Virus record (IMG/VR): IMGVR_UViG_3300020185_000013
Span: 1-64,000 of that record
From: a virus
Length of the DNA: 64,000 bases
Reading direction: 5' to 3' (one strand)
The notes below the pieces were generated by a model that saw only the letters and a program-made list of their open reading frames with translations, was not told where the DNA came from and searched no databases. The position numbers were made by a program, and so were the translations under genes. This document shows, in pieces, positions 37,240-48,331 of this stretch (positions within the stretch are counted from its first letter, which is position 1; each line of letters opens with the position of its first letter).

Positions 37240-39069
37240 ATGGCCGAACAAAAATTTCTAAATAAGACGAGGATAATTGCTTCTCAGATCTTTGATGATA
37301 CTAGAACTTATATTTCTAGAATCTACAAAAGATCAGGCACTTTATTCACTAACGCTTCGCCCTTTGCTCAAATCCTGAGGGTTCTTTCAGAGATTTCTGA
37401 GCTATTATTATTCTATGTTGAAGATTCTACTGTAGAACAAAACATATACACAGCACAACAATCAGAATCAATCTATGGACTTGCTAGACTTGCTGGACAT
37501 GATGCAACTAGAGGATTTGCGGCTACTGGTGAACTTGCAATTAGAATCAACCCACAGTCAGGTGCCCTAACTAATTTAGCAGGAGATGGGATCTCGATTC
37601 CAGCAAACACTGAACTTAAATTTGATGCAAACGGACTTTCTTATATGCTAAGAACATCAAGAGATGCATTTAGAATTAATAAGAATCAAAGAGAACAAAT
37701 TAAAGTTGTTATTGTACAGGGTAGATCAGAAACTCAAAGTGTTACTGGTGATGGTGAATCATTTCAAAGTTACAATATTCAAACTGGAGGAACAACAGAT
37801 CATAACCTAGTAAAAGTATCGGTTAACGGAGAACAATGGACTAAATTCAATTCAGTTTATGAAATGAATGCCGGAGATAAAGGGTTTATTGTTAAAACTG
37901 GTATCAGTGGAGGTTTAGATGTTTACTTTGGTACTAATAATTTTGGTACAATTCCAGTTAATGGTTCTATTATTGATATTGAGTACATTATTCATGATGG
38001 GGCAAACGGTAATATTGAAGATGCTGAAGACTTAACAATTAAATGGATTGATGAAGGTCAAGATAGTGCCGGTAACTTTTATGACCTAAACGAAATCCTG
38101 TCAGTTGAAGTTACATCATCTCCGAAAATGGGAGCTGACCCAGAATCTACTGAGTTTACAAAGGTAATTGCACCACTTGCGTCAAAGTCATTTGTATTAG
38201 CAACTCCAGATAACTATGAGTACTTCCTATCAAGATATGGTATTTTCTCATATATTGATGCATACAATACCGCTGATGATGGTTATATCGACGATGACAA
38301 TGTAATCTATATTTTTGCAGTACCTGATATTAAGAGAAAACTTGCAAAGAATCAAGACTACTTCTCAATTCCACAGCAAGAAATGTTCTTTGACCAGAAT
38401 GAATATGATAAAATGACACAGGTTCTACAAGATAGTGGTCAAATGATGGTTACAACTGAAGTTAAATTTGTTAAACCACAGGTTAGAAAATATGCAATGG
38501 ATATTTCAGTTAGATATTTTGAAGGGTTTAGTAAAGAAAACATTGCAAATGATATTAGAGTAGCAATTTCTGAATACTTATTAAATATCACAAGAAGGGA
38601 TAAATTACCGAAGAGTGATATTATTTATATCCTAGAAGGAATTGAAGGGGTTGATGCAGTAAACGTTCAATTTAGAAGCGAAACTGAAGAAACTGCTAGA
38701 AGACTAGGTTACTATGAATCAGTTACAACTACAATTGCAGCACAGGAACCAGTAACGCTTGAAGATATTGGTAATGGTAAACAAAAGTACGTATTCTTTA
38801 AGAAAATTGAAGAGGTTACTAAAGTGAATGTTGCTGAAAATGATTCAATTCCAGCCGATATTGTAGGTCTAGATCAATGGGGTGATATTATCCTAGACAA
38901 AGAAGAAATTGCAGTATTCAGAGGAGGTTGGCAAGATCGCGATGGGGATGAAATCAAAGATGAGCCAGCAATTAATGAAGAATCATGTCTTTCTATAAAC
39001 TTCGATGGTACTCCAGTACCAAGAAAGATTTATACAAGAGTACAGACATCAAATAGAAAAGCACTATAA
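37240..39069 (+). CDS. Baseplate wedge protein gp6-like
   Basis: TAQQSESIYGLARLAGH, VYFGTNNFGTIP, GANGN, LATPDNYEYF; follows gp25-like. Confidence 0.82.
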   Translation: MAEQKFLNKTRIIASQIFDDTRTYISRIYKRSGTLFTNASPFAQILRVLSEISELLLFYVEDSTVEQNIYTAQQSESIYGLARLAGHDATRGFAATGELAIRINPQSGALTNLAGDGISIPANTELKFDANGLSYMLRTSRDAFRINKNQREQIKVVIVQGRSETQSVTGDGESFQSYNIQTGGTTDHNLVKVSVNGEQWTKFNSVYEMNAGDKGFIVKTGISGGLDVYFGTNNFGTIPVNGSIIDIEYIIHDGANGNIEDAEDLTIKWIDEGQDSAGNFYDLNEILSVEVTSSPKMGADPESTEFTKVIAPLASKSFVLATPDNYEYFLSRYGIFSYIDAYNTADDGYIDDDNVIYIFAVPDIKRKLAKNQDYFSIPQQEMFFDQNEYDKMTQVLQDSGQMMVTTEVKFVKPQVRKYAMDISVRYFEGFSKENIANDIRVAISEYLLNITRRDKLPKSDIIYILEGIEGVDAVNVQFRSETEETARRLGYYESVTTTIAAQEPVTLEDIGNGKQKYVFFKKIEEVTKVNVAENDSIPADIVGLDQWGDIILDKEEIAVFRGGWQDRDGDEIKDEPAINEESCLSINFDGTPVPRKIYTRVQTSNRKAL

Positions 39070-39341
39070 TGGAATCTTTATATAAAGGACTATTAAAATA
39101 TAAACTAAAGAAGCTTTATTCTAGCAGAAAAACTAGAAAGGATAATCGTTTAAACTTAGGTTATGATTACTCTGAAAGTTTGATGCAAAGAAACATGTCT
39201 TCTCATGTTCTGAGAAACCAGACAATAAGCGACTTTATTAGTTTTATTAATGATTATTTAATGAATCTAATCCGATCAATAAAGATGATGCAACAGTACA
39301 AAAACTATACTGTTAAAAAAGACGACACAAACGTTAAATAA
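39069..39341 (+). CDS. Hypothetical protein
   Basis: TAATG-coupled on both sides. Confidence 0.62.
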   Translation: MESLYKGLLKYKLKKLYSSRKTRKDNRLNLGYDYSESLMQRNMSSHVLRNQTISDFISFINDYLMNLIRSIKMMQQYKNYTVKKDDTNVK

Positions 39342-42070
39342 TGTTTGATAACTTAAAGATATTTAAAGGAACTGATCATGTTCTAGATACAACAGTAGAC
39401 CAGAATGGTGTACTGAAAACTTCTGTGTATCTTGATGAGGTTTCTACTGGACTATATGAGTCGGCAACATTATTCTTTTTAGAAGATGTTGAATATAATA
39501 GTGTTCGCTATTTAAATAGACCACTATCAGACACTCAAACTGCAGGTGAATTTGTATTCAAATGGAAAAATGATTCTTATTCCTCAGATGATCTGATAAT
39601 GTATACTGCAAAGGTTGAAAATGGGTTGACCAAAATTAACGTTGAAACTAATCAGCAAATTTCAATCCTTGATAATTCAACTGTTACCAGTACAATCAAT
39701 GGAGTAAAGCAGGTTTCAAGCGTAAATAATGAGGCGGTACAAGTTAACGTTGCTCTTAATTCTGAAGATGAAGGAAGACACGAGAACACCCTTCTAGTGT
39801 ATTATAACGATGGAGCAACAAGTACACACATTGCGAGTATCTTTTTCTACGGTGAGGTTGTAGGTGAAGATGAGAGGTTAAGAGTCCTATTACAAAACTT
39901 AGGAGCCAGTCTAGATGAAGGTGACTTTATCTTATTTAAGGAGCATGATATTACTGAAATGGCTCCTGACTATATTTTATTAAACCAAAAAAGAAGAGAG
40001 CTCTTATTAGAATTAGCAAACATAAAACCATTTATTGGAACTTACAAAGCTATTCTAAATGCAATTGATTTCTTTGGTTATAATAATTTGACCCTAAAAG
40101 AGTATTGGTTAAACATTAATACTGGAAGTAGTTCATTTGGTAAACTACACGCAATTCCAGTAACAGGTTCAAGTCAATATGGAGATGCGGTTAGAAAAAA
40201 GATTAGTGTTGAGGTTCCTTCAAGCAACCTAAAGAAAACCAGTAGGTTTAGTTTGGTATACCGTTTAAATGTTGTCAATGGAGAATATGATGAATGGGAT
40301 TACCCAAAGGTTGAAGAAGTTTTTGAGTTTACGCCAGAAGAGGTACTAATTAAGTTATATGGTCTAAAGTCAAAGTTACAGAGAGAATACCTTCCATTAA
40401 ATGCTAAAATTATTGATATTGTTGCTGAAGGTGATTACTTTACACAAAAGAACCTAAACATTTGGAATAACCAAAATGCAATTGCCTTCTTTACTGAAGG
40501 ACATGACATTGATTTTGAGCTATTCCCAACACAACGAAAACTATTTATTGAGGACGTATCACTAGTCTTAAAGAAAGTGTACGATCCAAATAATATTACA
40601 AGTGGAGATTACCAAAAGTATCATGATTTATTAGCAACTGATTTTAGTGAGTATGGAAACTTAACTAACGATCAACTTGCTGATTTAAGAGAGGCAATTG
40701 AGCTATTCTATGCTGGCTATTATAATGATGAGTTAGAAACATTCAATGAGGATATTGAAATTGGATGTCCAGTAATTCTTGACGGTGAAACAACATTTAC
40801 TCAAAGCTGGGAAGAGGCTCAATTTACATGGCAAGATGCAATCGATCCACAAGTTACTTGGAATAACTGGTGGAAGCGTTGGGTATATGAAGTTGAATGG
40901 ATTATTACTGGTCCAAAAGGACTAAGATATGAATTTAAAGGAGACATTGATAACTATTTAAGGTTCCCTGTTTTCTTACCATATGAAGGGTCATATAATG
41001 TTGAAATGAGAACATTTGACCTATTTGGTCACAGATCATATGATGTTAAATATGGTTTAATCGAAGTTGGTTTAAAAGAGGTTGAGTTCTATGGATTCTA
41101 TAAAACTCTTAGAAAAAATACTTGGAATGACAGAGAATCGGTTTCTTGGAAAGAAGTTGGTGGATATTGGGATCTTCCAGTACATAATCCAAACAAGATT
41201 GAAGAATCAAATACAAGTTGGTACTTAGCACTTGACCGAAATAATTATGTTCACGATCCAATCGAAGGACAGAGCGATGATTTTACGACAGTTTCAAGAT
41301 ACGTTGATATTTTCTCAGAGACTGGTTATTCTGAAACTACAGGTCCTTACTACTGGAATAGCGCTAATTATACTTGGAACAATACATCTGATTTATGGTG
41401 GGATGCAACTAGAATCGGATCAGATTTAGCAGCTTCATTTAAAATAGAACCAGTATTTACAGGAAACCCAGTAATTTCGATCGATCATAAAGATCCGATA
41501 ACTGGTCAAATTATATCAGATTCATATCAAATAACTTCTGCAAACCCAGGAGCTAATACTAATATAGCGGATTGGCAAACAGTTGTTGATGAATTAAATA
41601 CATCGACTAATCCAATTATTAGTAAATTTATCTACAATTTAGTCGGTAAAGACAATGATGGTGATGGAGTAGTCGACGTAGTTGCATTTATTCTTGCAGT
41701 TGGTAAAGAAACTAATAAGTACCACGACTTTGAAAGTGTATCGATGTTAGGCGGAACTATTAGTGGAGAGGTACATCAAGTAACCTATAATCCTAACTAC
41801 GATGAAATTGATATCTTTAGTGACTGGAGAATGGTAAATAAATCAACACATATTACATTCTCTCCGGATTATTCAAAGATGCCAGGAATGAAATTGAAAA
41901 AATGGACGATTACCAATAATACATACCCTGATAATAGTGATATATATTATGGTGATATAGTGTTAACATATCTCTTTAGGAATCCAGGAAACTATACAAT
42001 CTCACTAGAGGTTGAAGATACTAATGGAAATGTTAACTCAACACATAGAAACATATTAACAGTAAAATAA
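39341..42070 (+). CDS. Large baseplate structural protein (gp7-like position) with C-terminal PKD-like domain
   Basis: IGTYKAILNAIDFFGY; C-terminal LTYLFRNPGNYTISLEVEDTNGN. Confidence 0.6.
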   Translation: MFDNLKIFKGTDHVLDTTVDQNGVLKTSVYLDEVSTGLYESATLFFLEDVEYNSVRYLNRPLSDTQTAGEFVFKWKNDSYSSDDLIMYTAKVENGLTKINVETNQQISILDNSTVTSTINGVKQVSSVNNEAVQVNVALNSEDEGRHENTLLVYYNDGATSTHIASIFFYGEVVGEDERLRVLLQNLGASLDEGDFILFKEHDITEMAPDYILLNQKRRELLLELANIKPFIGTYKAILNAIDFFGYNNLTLKEYWLNINTGSSSFGKLHAIPVTGSSQYGDAVRKKISVEVPSSNLKKTSRFSLVYRLNVVNGEYDEWDYPKVEEVFEFTPEEVLIKLYGLKSKLQREYLPLNAKIIDIVAEGDYFTQKNLNIWNNQNAIAFFTEGHDIDFELFPTQRKLFIEDVSLVLKKVYDPNNITSGDYQKYHDLLATDFSEYGNLTNDQLADLREAIELFYAGYYNDELETFNEDIEIGCPVILDGETTFTQSWEEAQFTWQDAIDPQVTWNNWWKRWVYEVEWIITGPKGLRYEFKGDIDNYLRFPVFLPYEGSYNVEMRTFDLFGHRSYDVKYGLIEVGLKEVEFYGFYKTLRKNTWNDRESVSWKEVGGYWDLPVHNPNKIEESNTSWYLALDRNNYVHDPIEGQSDDFTTVSRYVDIFSETGYSETTGPYYWNSANYTWNNTSDLWWDATRIGSDLAASFKIEPVFTGNPVISIDHKDPITGQIISDSYQITSANPGANTNIADWQTVVDELNTSTNPIISKFIYNLVGKDNDGDGVVDVVAFILAVGKETNKYHDFESVSMLGGTISGEVHQVTYNPNYDEIDIFSDWRMVNKSTHITFSPDYSKMPGMKLKKWTITNNTYPDNSDIYYGDIVLTYLFRNPGNYTISLEVEDTNGNVNSTHRNILTVK

Positions 42071-42079
42071 AAACAAAAG

Positions 42080-42670
42080 ATGGCAAACATTACAGAAATT
42101 CTAGGGACTGATTCTCTTTCTTCATCAAGACTGACGATCAACTCAAACTTTACTGCCCTGAATGACGAAATCGCAGACATCACTTCATTAGTAGATCCAG
42201 TAACTTCAACAATTACTGGAATTGATAGTGTTTCTGCGGAATCAATTAACTTATCGTATCTACAAGGAGGTTCTTCGCTTCCTATCCTTTCGATCGATTC
42301 GACTGGTGCAGTATTTAGCGTTGCAACCGATTTTGCGGAAGACGTTGATGTACAAAAGAAACTTCAAAAATCTGGTGTAGTTGGTGCTGGTGGTTCTGGA
42401 AACGGAAGTACTTCAGCTGCTCCAACTTCAATTGATGCTTCTACATATTTTAGTGGAGTTGCATTAACTCTACCTGTAGGCTCAGAAGGTCAAGAAGTAA
42501 CAATTATCAGTACAGCTGGTTCAGCAATCACAGTTACAGCAGGTACTGGAGTATCTCTTGGTGCTACTTCAATCTCACTTGATGGTCTAAATTCATCAGT
42601 TACCGTAAGATTCTTTAGTAGCAACAATACTTGGTACGTTATTGGTTCACACGCAGCAACAATCGCATAA
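42080..42670 (+). CDS. Short fibre/baseplate-attached protein
   Basis: N-terminal ITEILGTD...INSNFTAL anchor; small-residue beta C-domain. Confidence 0.6.
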   Translation: MANITEILGTDSLSSSRLTINSNFTALNDEIADITSLVDPVTSTITGIDSVSAESINLSYLQGGSSLPILSIDSTGAVFSVATDFAEDVDVQKKLQKSGVVGAGGSGNGSTSAAPTSIDASTYFSGVALTLPVGSEGQEVTIISTAGSAITVTAGTGVSLGATSISLDGLNSSVTVRFFSSNNTWYVIGSHAATIA

Positions 42671-42689
42671 ATTAAAAAGATAAAAGTAA

Positions 42690-44633
42690 ATGGCAACTCC
42701 ATTAGTTAGAATACCACAGGTTCAAGGAGGTACTATGTATGCTTTTGCTTCAGCGGCAAGAGATATCACACGTGCTTTCAACAACGCCGATATTAAATTT
42801 GAATTCAGTAGATATGCACTATTGGATCTGCCTGATTTTACGACCCCTGTCAATAATTCCAACACAATTGATTATACTCAATTGAAAGATTCTGCAGGTC
42901 AAGCATACTCACCTTCTCAAAATGGAGCTGGAGTAGACTTTGCAAAAACTTTCCAAAATTACGTTCTAAACGCAGAAGAGTTAATCCTACAGGACGATGA
43001 TTTTGACCCAATAATCTTTAGAACAGACGCAGAAAAACTATTCTTTAAATGGTTATCTACTACTAATTCGATTAGATTTAAAACGGCAGATTCAACTGAA
43101 AGTAATAGTGGTAATTATACTGAGCAGCCTAATTCTTCACAAGCAGGAACAGTATATGATCGAGTTGTTAAATATTTAGGTACAATTGACGCGGAAAACG
43201 ATATTGCATACAAAGGTAATGCGTATCATGAGGTTTATATTAATGTTCCTTCTTCAGCAGGTACTACACCAACTGTATTATTTGAGCCATCGAACTATAA
43301 TACTACGGCTAATAGATTATATGCTGGATCTTGGATTGAAGGTAGAGACGGACAAACACATCCGGACCCAAATCTAGATTTAGAACCAATTGTTGACGAA
43401 TACGATCAAGCAACTGGAGCCTATTACGACATTAATACTAACGGGACTAATAGTGTTGGTATTGATTGGAATGAGCAATCTTACTACGGAGTTACTAATG
43501 ATTCTGAAGTAAAAAACCTAAACGATTACGCAAAGAAGGGTACAGATTTTAGATTTAATGCAGTCCTAGTATACTATGACATGTATAGCGCTTCTGTTCC
43601 TTCAAATAGATCAACTAACCTATATGGTATTCTTATTCTAGATGATGTTAAGAGTACTGGAGGTTCAGGCTACAAGATTAATGAACAAATTAAGTATAAG
43701 CCAAACGAGGTTACTGGTTTAAATGGTAATGCTTTCTCATTAAAATTAAACTTGAAGTTTAATACTTCTCTTGATAATGTTGGCGTTGAGACTAATATCA
43801 ACGACTTTACAACATTCTCAATGGATCTATTTATGGATACGACGACACTGCTAGAGAATGCAGCTGAAATCTTAATCCAAGCAAATAATAGATATGGTGG
43901 AATTACTAATCGTCTTGATGAACTAGAAAGATTAGTACTTGCAAGCGAAACATCAGAAGATATAGAGGCAAGATTAACCAGTTTAGAAACAGACTTCCAG
44001 AACACCTCAGTTCAATTACAGGATGCTGATTCTCTGTTGAAGTTAATCACAAAAGCACATGATAAACTTAACTCCCTGATTGACGGAACAATTCCAGTTG
44101 CATTACAATATAACACTGATGTTCTATTTGATGGAGCAGGTACTCAAGTTGATAAATCAGTTGAGAATAAGATTAAAGTAAACAACGTAACTAAGGGCTA
44201 TGAAAACCTAAATCTATTTACATGGGATTTAGCGTCTGAACAGGTTGGAACTTCAATTACATCTGCTAATCCATTCGATATTCAAGTCGGAGGTAGTGGA
44301 CTAAGCCAATATGGAATTTGGTGTAAACTTAAGCAGTTCACTAATAGAATTAGCTTTATCGATAAATTCCTTACCGGTACTGCGAATGATGATTTGAATA
44401 TATACATAGACGACACAACAACGTCTTGGAAAGAAGGACAAATTGTAAAGATCACGTTTGAAACTATCAATATGGATGGTAACAATATTAAGATCTACAC
44501 ACATGCTAGAGATGGTTTCAGCCAATTAATCGCTGATATTGCTCCAGCAAGTCTAATTACCAATAAACCATACATCGAGGTAATTTGTATCAACCCAGCA
44601 ACTTATCAATTTGAAGTAGACATTTTAAGATAA
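42690..44633 (+). CDS. Structural protein with central coiled coil
   Basis: Context; RLDELERL...RLTSLE heptads. Confidence 0.6.
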   Translation: MATPLVRIPQVQGGTMYAFASAARDITRAFNNADIKFEFSRYALLDLPDFTTPVNNSNTIDYTQLKDSAGQAYSPSQNGAGVDFAKTFQNYVLNAEELILQDDDFDPIIFRTDAEKLFFKWLSTTNSIRFKTADSTESNSGNYTEQPNSSQAGTVYDRVVKYLGTIDAENDIAYKGNAYHEVYINVPSSAGTTPTVLFEPSNYNTTANRLYAGSWIEGRDGQTHPDPNLDLEPIVDEYDQATGAYYDINTNGTNSVGIDWNEQSYYGVTNDSEVKNLNDYAKKGTDFRFNAVLVYYDMYSASVPSNRSTNLYGILILDDVKSTGGSGYKINEQIKYKPNEVTGLNGNAFSLKLNLKFNTSLDNVGVETNINDFTTFSMDLFMDTTTLLENAAEILIQANNRYGGITNRLDELERLVLASETSEDIEARLTSLETDFQNTSVQLQDADSLLKLITKAHDKLNSLIDGTIPVALQYNTDVLFDGAGTQVDKSVENKIKVNNVTKGYENLNLFTWDLASEQVGTSITSANPFDIQVGGSGLSQYGIWCKLKQFTNRISFIDKFLTGTANDDLNIYIDDTTTSWKEGQIVKITFETINMDGNNIKIYTHARDGFSQLIADIAPASLITNKPYIEVICINPATYQFEVDILR

Positions 44634-44634
44634 T

Positions 44635-47600
44635 ATGAACACAAACAACTCAATATCATCAGTTATCAAGCAATTGCTTGAAATTAACGTAAATTCTCTT
44701 AAGACATTTGAGAGAATAAATGAGGCGGTTACAACGGATAAGCAAACTGTGCCGCTTGAGTTGCTTACCGAAGACGGAACAACTAAAACAGTTTATGTTC
44801 CTGCTTTTGGTTATATGAGAAGAGAACTCGAAAGATTAGATGCTAATATTAGATCTCTTACTGACCTTACCGATGGTACTTCAAAATTAAAATTAGCTGA
44901 CGGAACATATCAAAGAATTTATACTGGTACTCTTAAAAGTCCAGCAAATGATATTACTGCATTAAACAGACCAACTAAGTTTGAAACAAAGCAGAACTAT
45001 TTCTTTGAAGATTTCCTAACACCACTATTAACAGTAAACTTTGATGTTACTAATCAAATTCAATCTGATACTGAAAGAGTATTAGTGAAGAGACTGATTA
45101 TTGATACATCTTTTGATTTTGCTGCTGAATACTTTAACACTGAATTAAGAGGTAAAGATGGATTAGCATATGATACTGTAATTGCAGATCTTGCAGCTAA
45201 TAACATTCCATTCTATGATGATGAGGAGGTAAGAGACCTTCCATATAAAAGCACACAATATTACGGTACGTTTGATGTAACTTCAATTGATAACGTACAA
45301 AGAACAGTTCTAGTAAATGGTACTTCAACTACACAAAATATTAAACTATATACTCTAGATCAGTTAAACTATACTGATAGCGAAAAAGGTTTTTCTAACA
45401 CAGAAACTTTAAGAGCTGGAGATGAGTTAATGATTAATAGTGGTAAAAGAAGTACTAAATATAGAGTAAAAAATATCGATACTTCTACCAGACAAGTTGA
45501 ATTAGAACTTGTACAAGGTTATGAAGCTATCAAGATTGGAGCAGATCAACTTAGAATTTATAAGGCAAGTGAGATTGGAACTAGCGTTGAAATTAACGTT
45601 GGATTCGATGAGAGTATTGCTGTCTTTGTAAAGGCTATCGATCCTGATTCAAATATACTTGCAGAAAACTGGTCACCTGGTGCTGCAATCTATTCAAATG
45701 ATTTAACAATCACTTTAGAAAACGGAACAGTTCAATCACTTGGAGATTACTACAAAGAAGAGGTTGCTGACTTTGGTCAATTTATCAAAGCACTAAAAGA
45801 AGATGCAATTCCACCAGCAACTCTTGGTAAAACTCCAGATTCTCCTAATCTAGAACCAGGAAACTTTACCGTTATTCAAATTAATAAGCACTTAACGGAT
45901 AACAATGCAGCAAATAAGATTAAGAAACTTACTGCTGATAAGATTAATACCGAAGAGAAACTTAAGCAACTTGACGATACAATTGCTAAAAAGACTGCAT
46001 CTATATCTATAAATAAGTATGCATCAGCAATTGCAAGGGATCGCGATATAAACGAATTAGCATCTCTGATTAACGAGAGAGATTCAACAACTAAACTCTA
46101 TAGTTCATTAGTAAATGAAATCAATGCAATTTCTAGTGGAACTGGAGTTGCTAATATTGAACCTAAGTTTAGAGTAAGAGGATTCTGGACTATTCCAGAT
46201 GCTAAAATTGTAGCTGAAACTATTCCACAACAAGTTGTTCAATTCATCGTTCAATACAGATATGTTTCAACCAGTGGTAAGACTTCAGAAATTGCACAAA
46301 TTCCAGTAAATGAAAATGGAACGCAAAAGACTGGAGTATTCTCAAACTGGAATGAAGTTAAAACTGGTGTTCGTCAAAGATTAAAAGATGAAACTACTGG
46401 TAAATTCTACTGGGCAGATACTGCAATTGAAGATGGACAAGAGGTTAACTTTAACCAGTTAGATATTCCAATTCAAAAAGGAGAGGTTGTTGAAGTTAGA
46501 ATCAAATCAATTTCTGAAGCAGGTTATCCAGCAAATCCAGTAATGAGTGATTGGAGCGAAACTGTTAGAATTGAATTTCCAGAAGGACAGCTCGATACTG
46601 TTAACATTTCAACATTGGTTGAGAAGAATCAAACTGAATCTGCAATCGTTAGAATTAATGACCAACTAACTTCAAAAGGAGTTTATCGTCATATCAATGA
46701 TGCGTTTACAGCGAATGAAAAGTATTTTGCACATAATTCTACAACAATTGCTTCTGGTTTCCTTTCACCTGAACAAACTCCAATTTCATTATTTGATAAG
46801 TTAACTGAGCTTGAAAATGAAATCACAGCTCTACAAGAAACTATTTCAGGAATTAAAGGAGAACTTACTGTTAAGCTGGTAACTGAAGAGGGTACAGTAA
46901 TTAATATTAATAAGAATACTAACAATAAAGTATTTGCTGGATATTACACTGATGAAGTTGCAGATCTTAACGTTAAGAAAGGACATATTGTTACAAAAAC
47001 ATTTAAACTTCTTCTTGAAAATACAAATGCTACTCAACTTGAATTAATTGCTAGAATTATTGGAGACCGTGGTCTTCCAACCTATAGATCTTCAGCAGCT
47101 ACTTCAAATGCAGTAACTTATGAATTTGGTATTGACCCAGATTCAGGTAGCGGAATTCCAGAAAAAGTAATTAACGATACTTTCTATACTACTGAAGGTA
47201 AATATGACGTTGTACCAGTTCAATATCAAAACGTAAGTGGCGATGATTTATTAGAGACCTTTGGTACAAACCCAGTTGAGTACAATCAATTAGCACCATA
47301 TCAATCATCTCAAAGAAGAGGTCAATTTATCTACTCTAGATTTATGGACATTTCTGCTGAAAATGGACTATACTTTGATACTCCTGCAGTATCTCCTGCA
47401 ACATCAACACTTGCAGATTACGAATACTTAATGTCATACGACCCAACTACACTACCTGCAATTTCAACTGCAGGATCTGATTTTATTTGGAATGGTACAT
47501 TTGGAACTTATGACCAGGCTAACGATGAATATGACGTTTCTGGAGCATTTGGTACATCAACTCCAAATGTTACAAACCTTAATACAATTACTTCAAGTGG

Positions 47601-48273
47601 ATATGATGGCGGAATTTATCTGCATAAAAACCACCCAGATCTAGAAAATATTTATGCTTCATATCAAGCAAGTGCTGCGGTAAGTACTGCAATGACTGCT
47701 GGAGAGGTTGAATTAATACTTGAAAATCAAATTAAATCTGGAGTAATTGGTACGATGGCAGTACCTGCAACTTTCCAAGCTGAAGATGCTAACGGTAAAA
47801 AGCAACTTGGATATAAGCATACTCATGGTCTAATTGGTTTAATTAATGGAACATCATATGATCGTACTCTTAAAATGTCGTTTGATGTGAATGACCAATA
47901 TCTATTAGGCGGTAAATCATGTGGTTCTTACCTATTCATTTCGCCAATTAATTCTGAGTCATTACTTGTTGATGGTGATAATAAATTTGGTCGCAAATAT
48001 GTTACAACTGGAGAAAGTAACGCTGTTTCAATCGATGTTGTATATCAATATAGAATGACTGATTATGCAGGTAACGATCCAGCTACTGATCTTGGTAGAA
48101 TTGGTGGTATTATGAGCACTAATCTTTCAAACTTAACTTACGCTAAGAGAATCGGTATCGACGTATTTGACGCCGATGGAGAACAATTCTCATTCGATGT
48201 TGAAGTATTTGCGAAGTATAAGCCAAGTGGTACTAATAAGAACTCGATCAAAGCAGCTCAGCTATCGATTTAA
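44635..48273 (+). CDS. Large structural protein (1212 aa)
   Basis: Long ORF in tail module; coiled coils and an Fn3-like segment. Confidence 0.6.
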   Translation: MNTNNSISSVIKQLLEINVNSLKTFERINEAVTTDKQTVPLELLTEDGTTKTVYVPAFGYMRRELERLDANIRSLTDLTDGTSKLKLADGTYQRIYTGTLKSPANDITALNRPTKFETKQNYFFEDFLTPLLTVNFDVTNQIQSDTERVLVKRLIIDTSFDFAAEYFNTELRGKDGLAYDTVIADLAANNIPFYDDEEVRDLPYKSTQYYGTFDVTSIDNVQRTVLVNGTSTTQNIKLYTLDQLNYTDSEKGFSNTETLRAGDELMINSGKRSTKYRVKNIDTSTRQVELELVQGYEAIKIGADQLRIYKASEIGTSVEINVGFDESIAVFVKAIDPDSNILAENWSPGAAIYSNDLTITLENGTVQSLGDYYKEEVADFGQFIKALKEDAIPPATLGKTPDSPNLEPGNFTVIQINKHLTDNNAANKIKKLTADKINTEEKLKQLDDTIAKKTASISINKYASAIARDRDINELASLINERDSTTKLYSSLVNEINAISSGTGVANIEPKFRVRGFWTIPDAKIVAETIPQQVVQFIVQYRYVSTSGKTSEIAQIPVNENGTQKTGVFSNWNEVKTGVRQRLKDETTGKFYWADTAIEDGQEVNFNQLDIPIQKGEVVEVRIKSISEAGYPANPVMSDWSETVRIEFPEGQLDTVNISTLVEKNQTESAIVRINDQLTSKGVYRHINDAFTANEKYFAHNSTTIASGFLSPEQTPISLFDKLTELENEITALQETISGIKGELTVKLVTEEGTVININKNTNNKVFAGYYTDEVADLNVKKGHIVTKTFKLLLENTNATQLELIARIIGDRGLPTYRSSAATSNAVTYEFGIDPDSGSGIPEKVINDTFYTTEGKYDVVPVQYQNVSGDDLLETFGTNPVEYNQLAPYQSSQRRGQFIYSRFMDISAENGLYFDTPAVSPATSTLADYEYLMSYDPTTLPAISTAGSDFIWNGTFGTYDQANDEYDVSGAFGTSTPNVTNLNTITSSGYDGGIYLHKNHPDLENIYASYQASAAVSTAMTAGEVELILENQIKSGVIGTMAVPATFQAEDANGKKQLGYKHTHGLIGLINGTSYDRTLKMSFDVNDQYLLGGKSCGSYLFISPINSESLLVDGDNKFGRKYVTTGESNAVSIDVVYQYRMTDYAGNDPATDLGRIGGIMSTNLSNLTYAKRIGIDVFDADGEQFSFDVEVFAKYKPSGTNKNSIKAAQLSI

Positions 48274-48331
48274 TGTCAGCTAAAGTTGATATATAGAGTA
48301 TAAGATTATCTCTATAAAAAGACTAGATTGA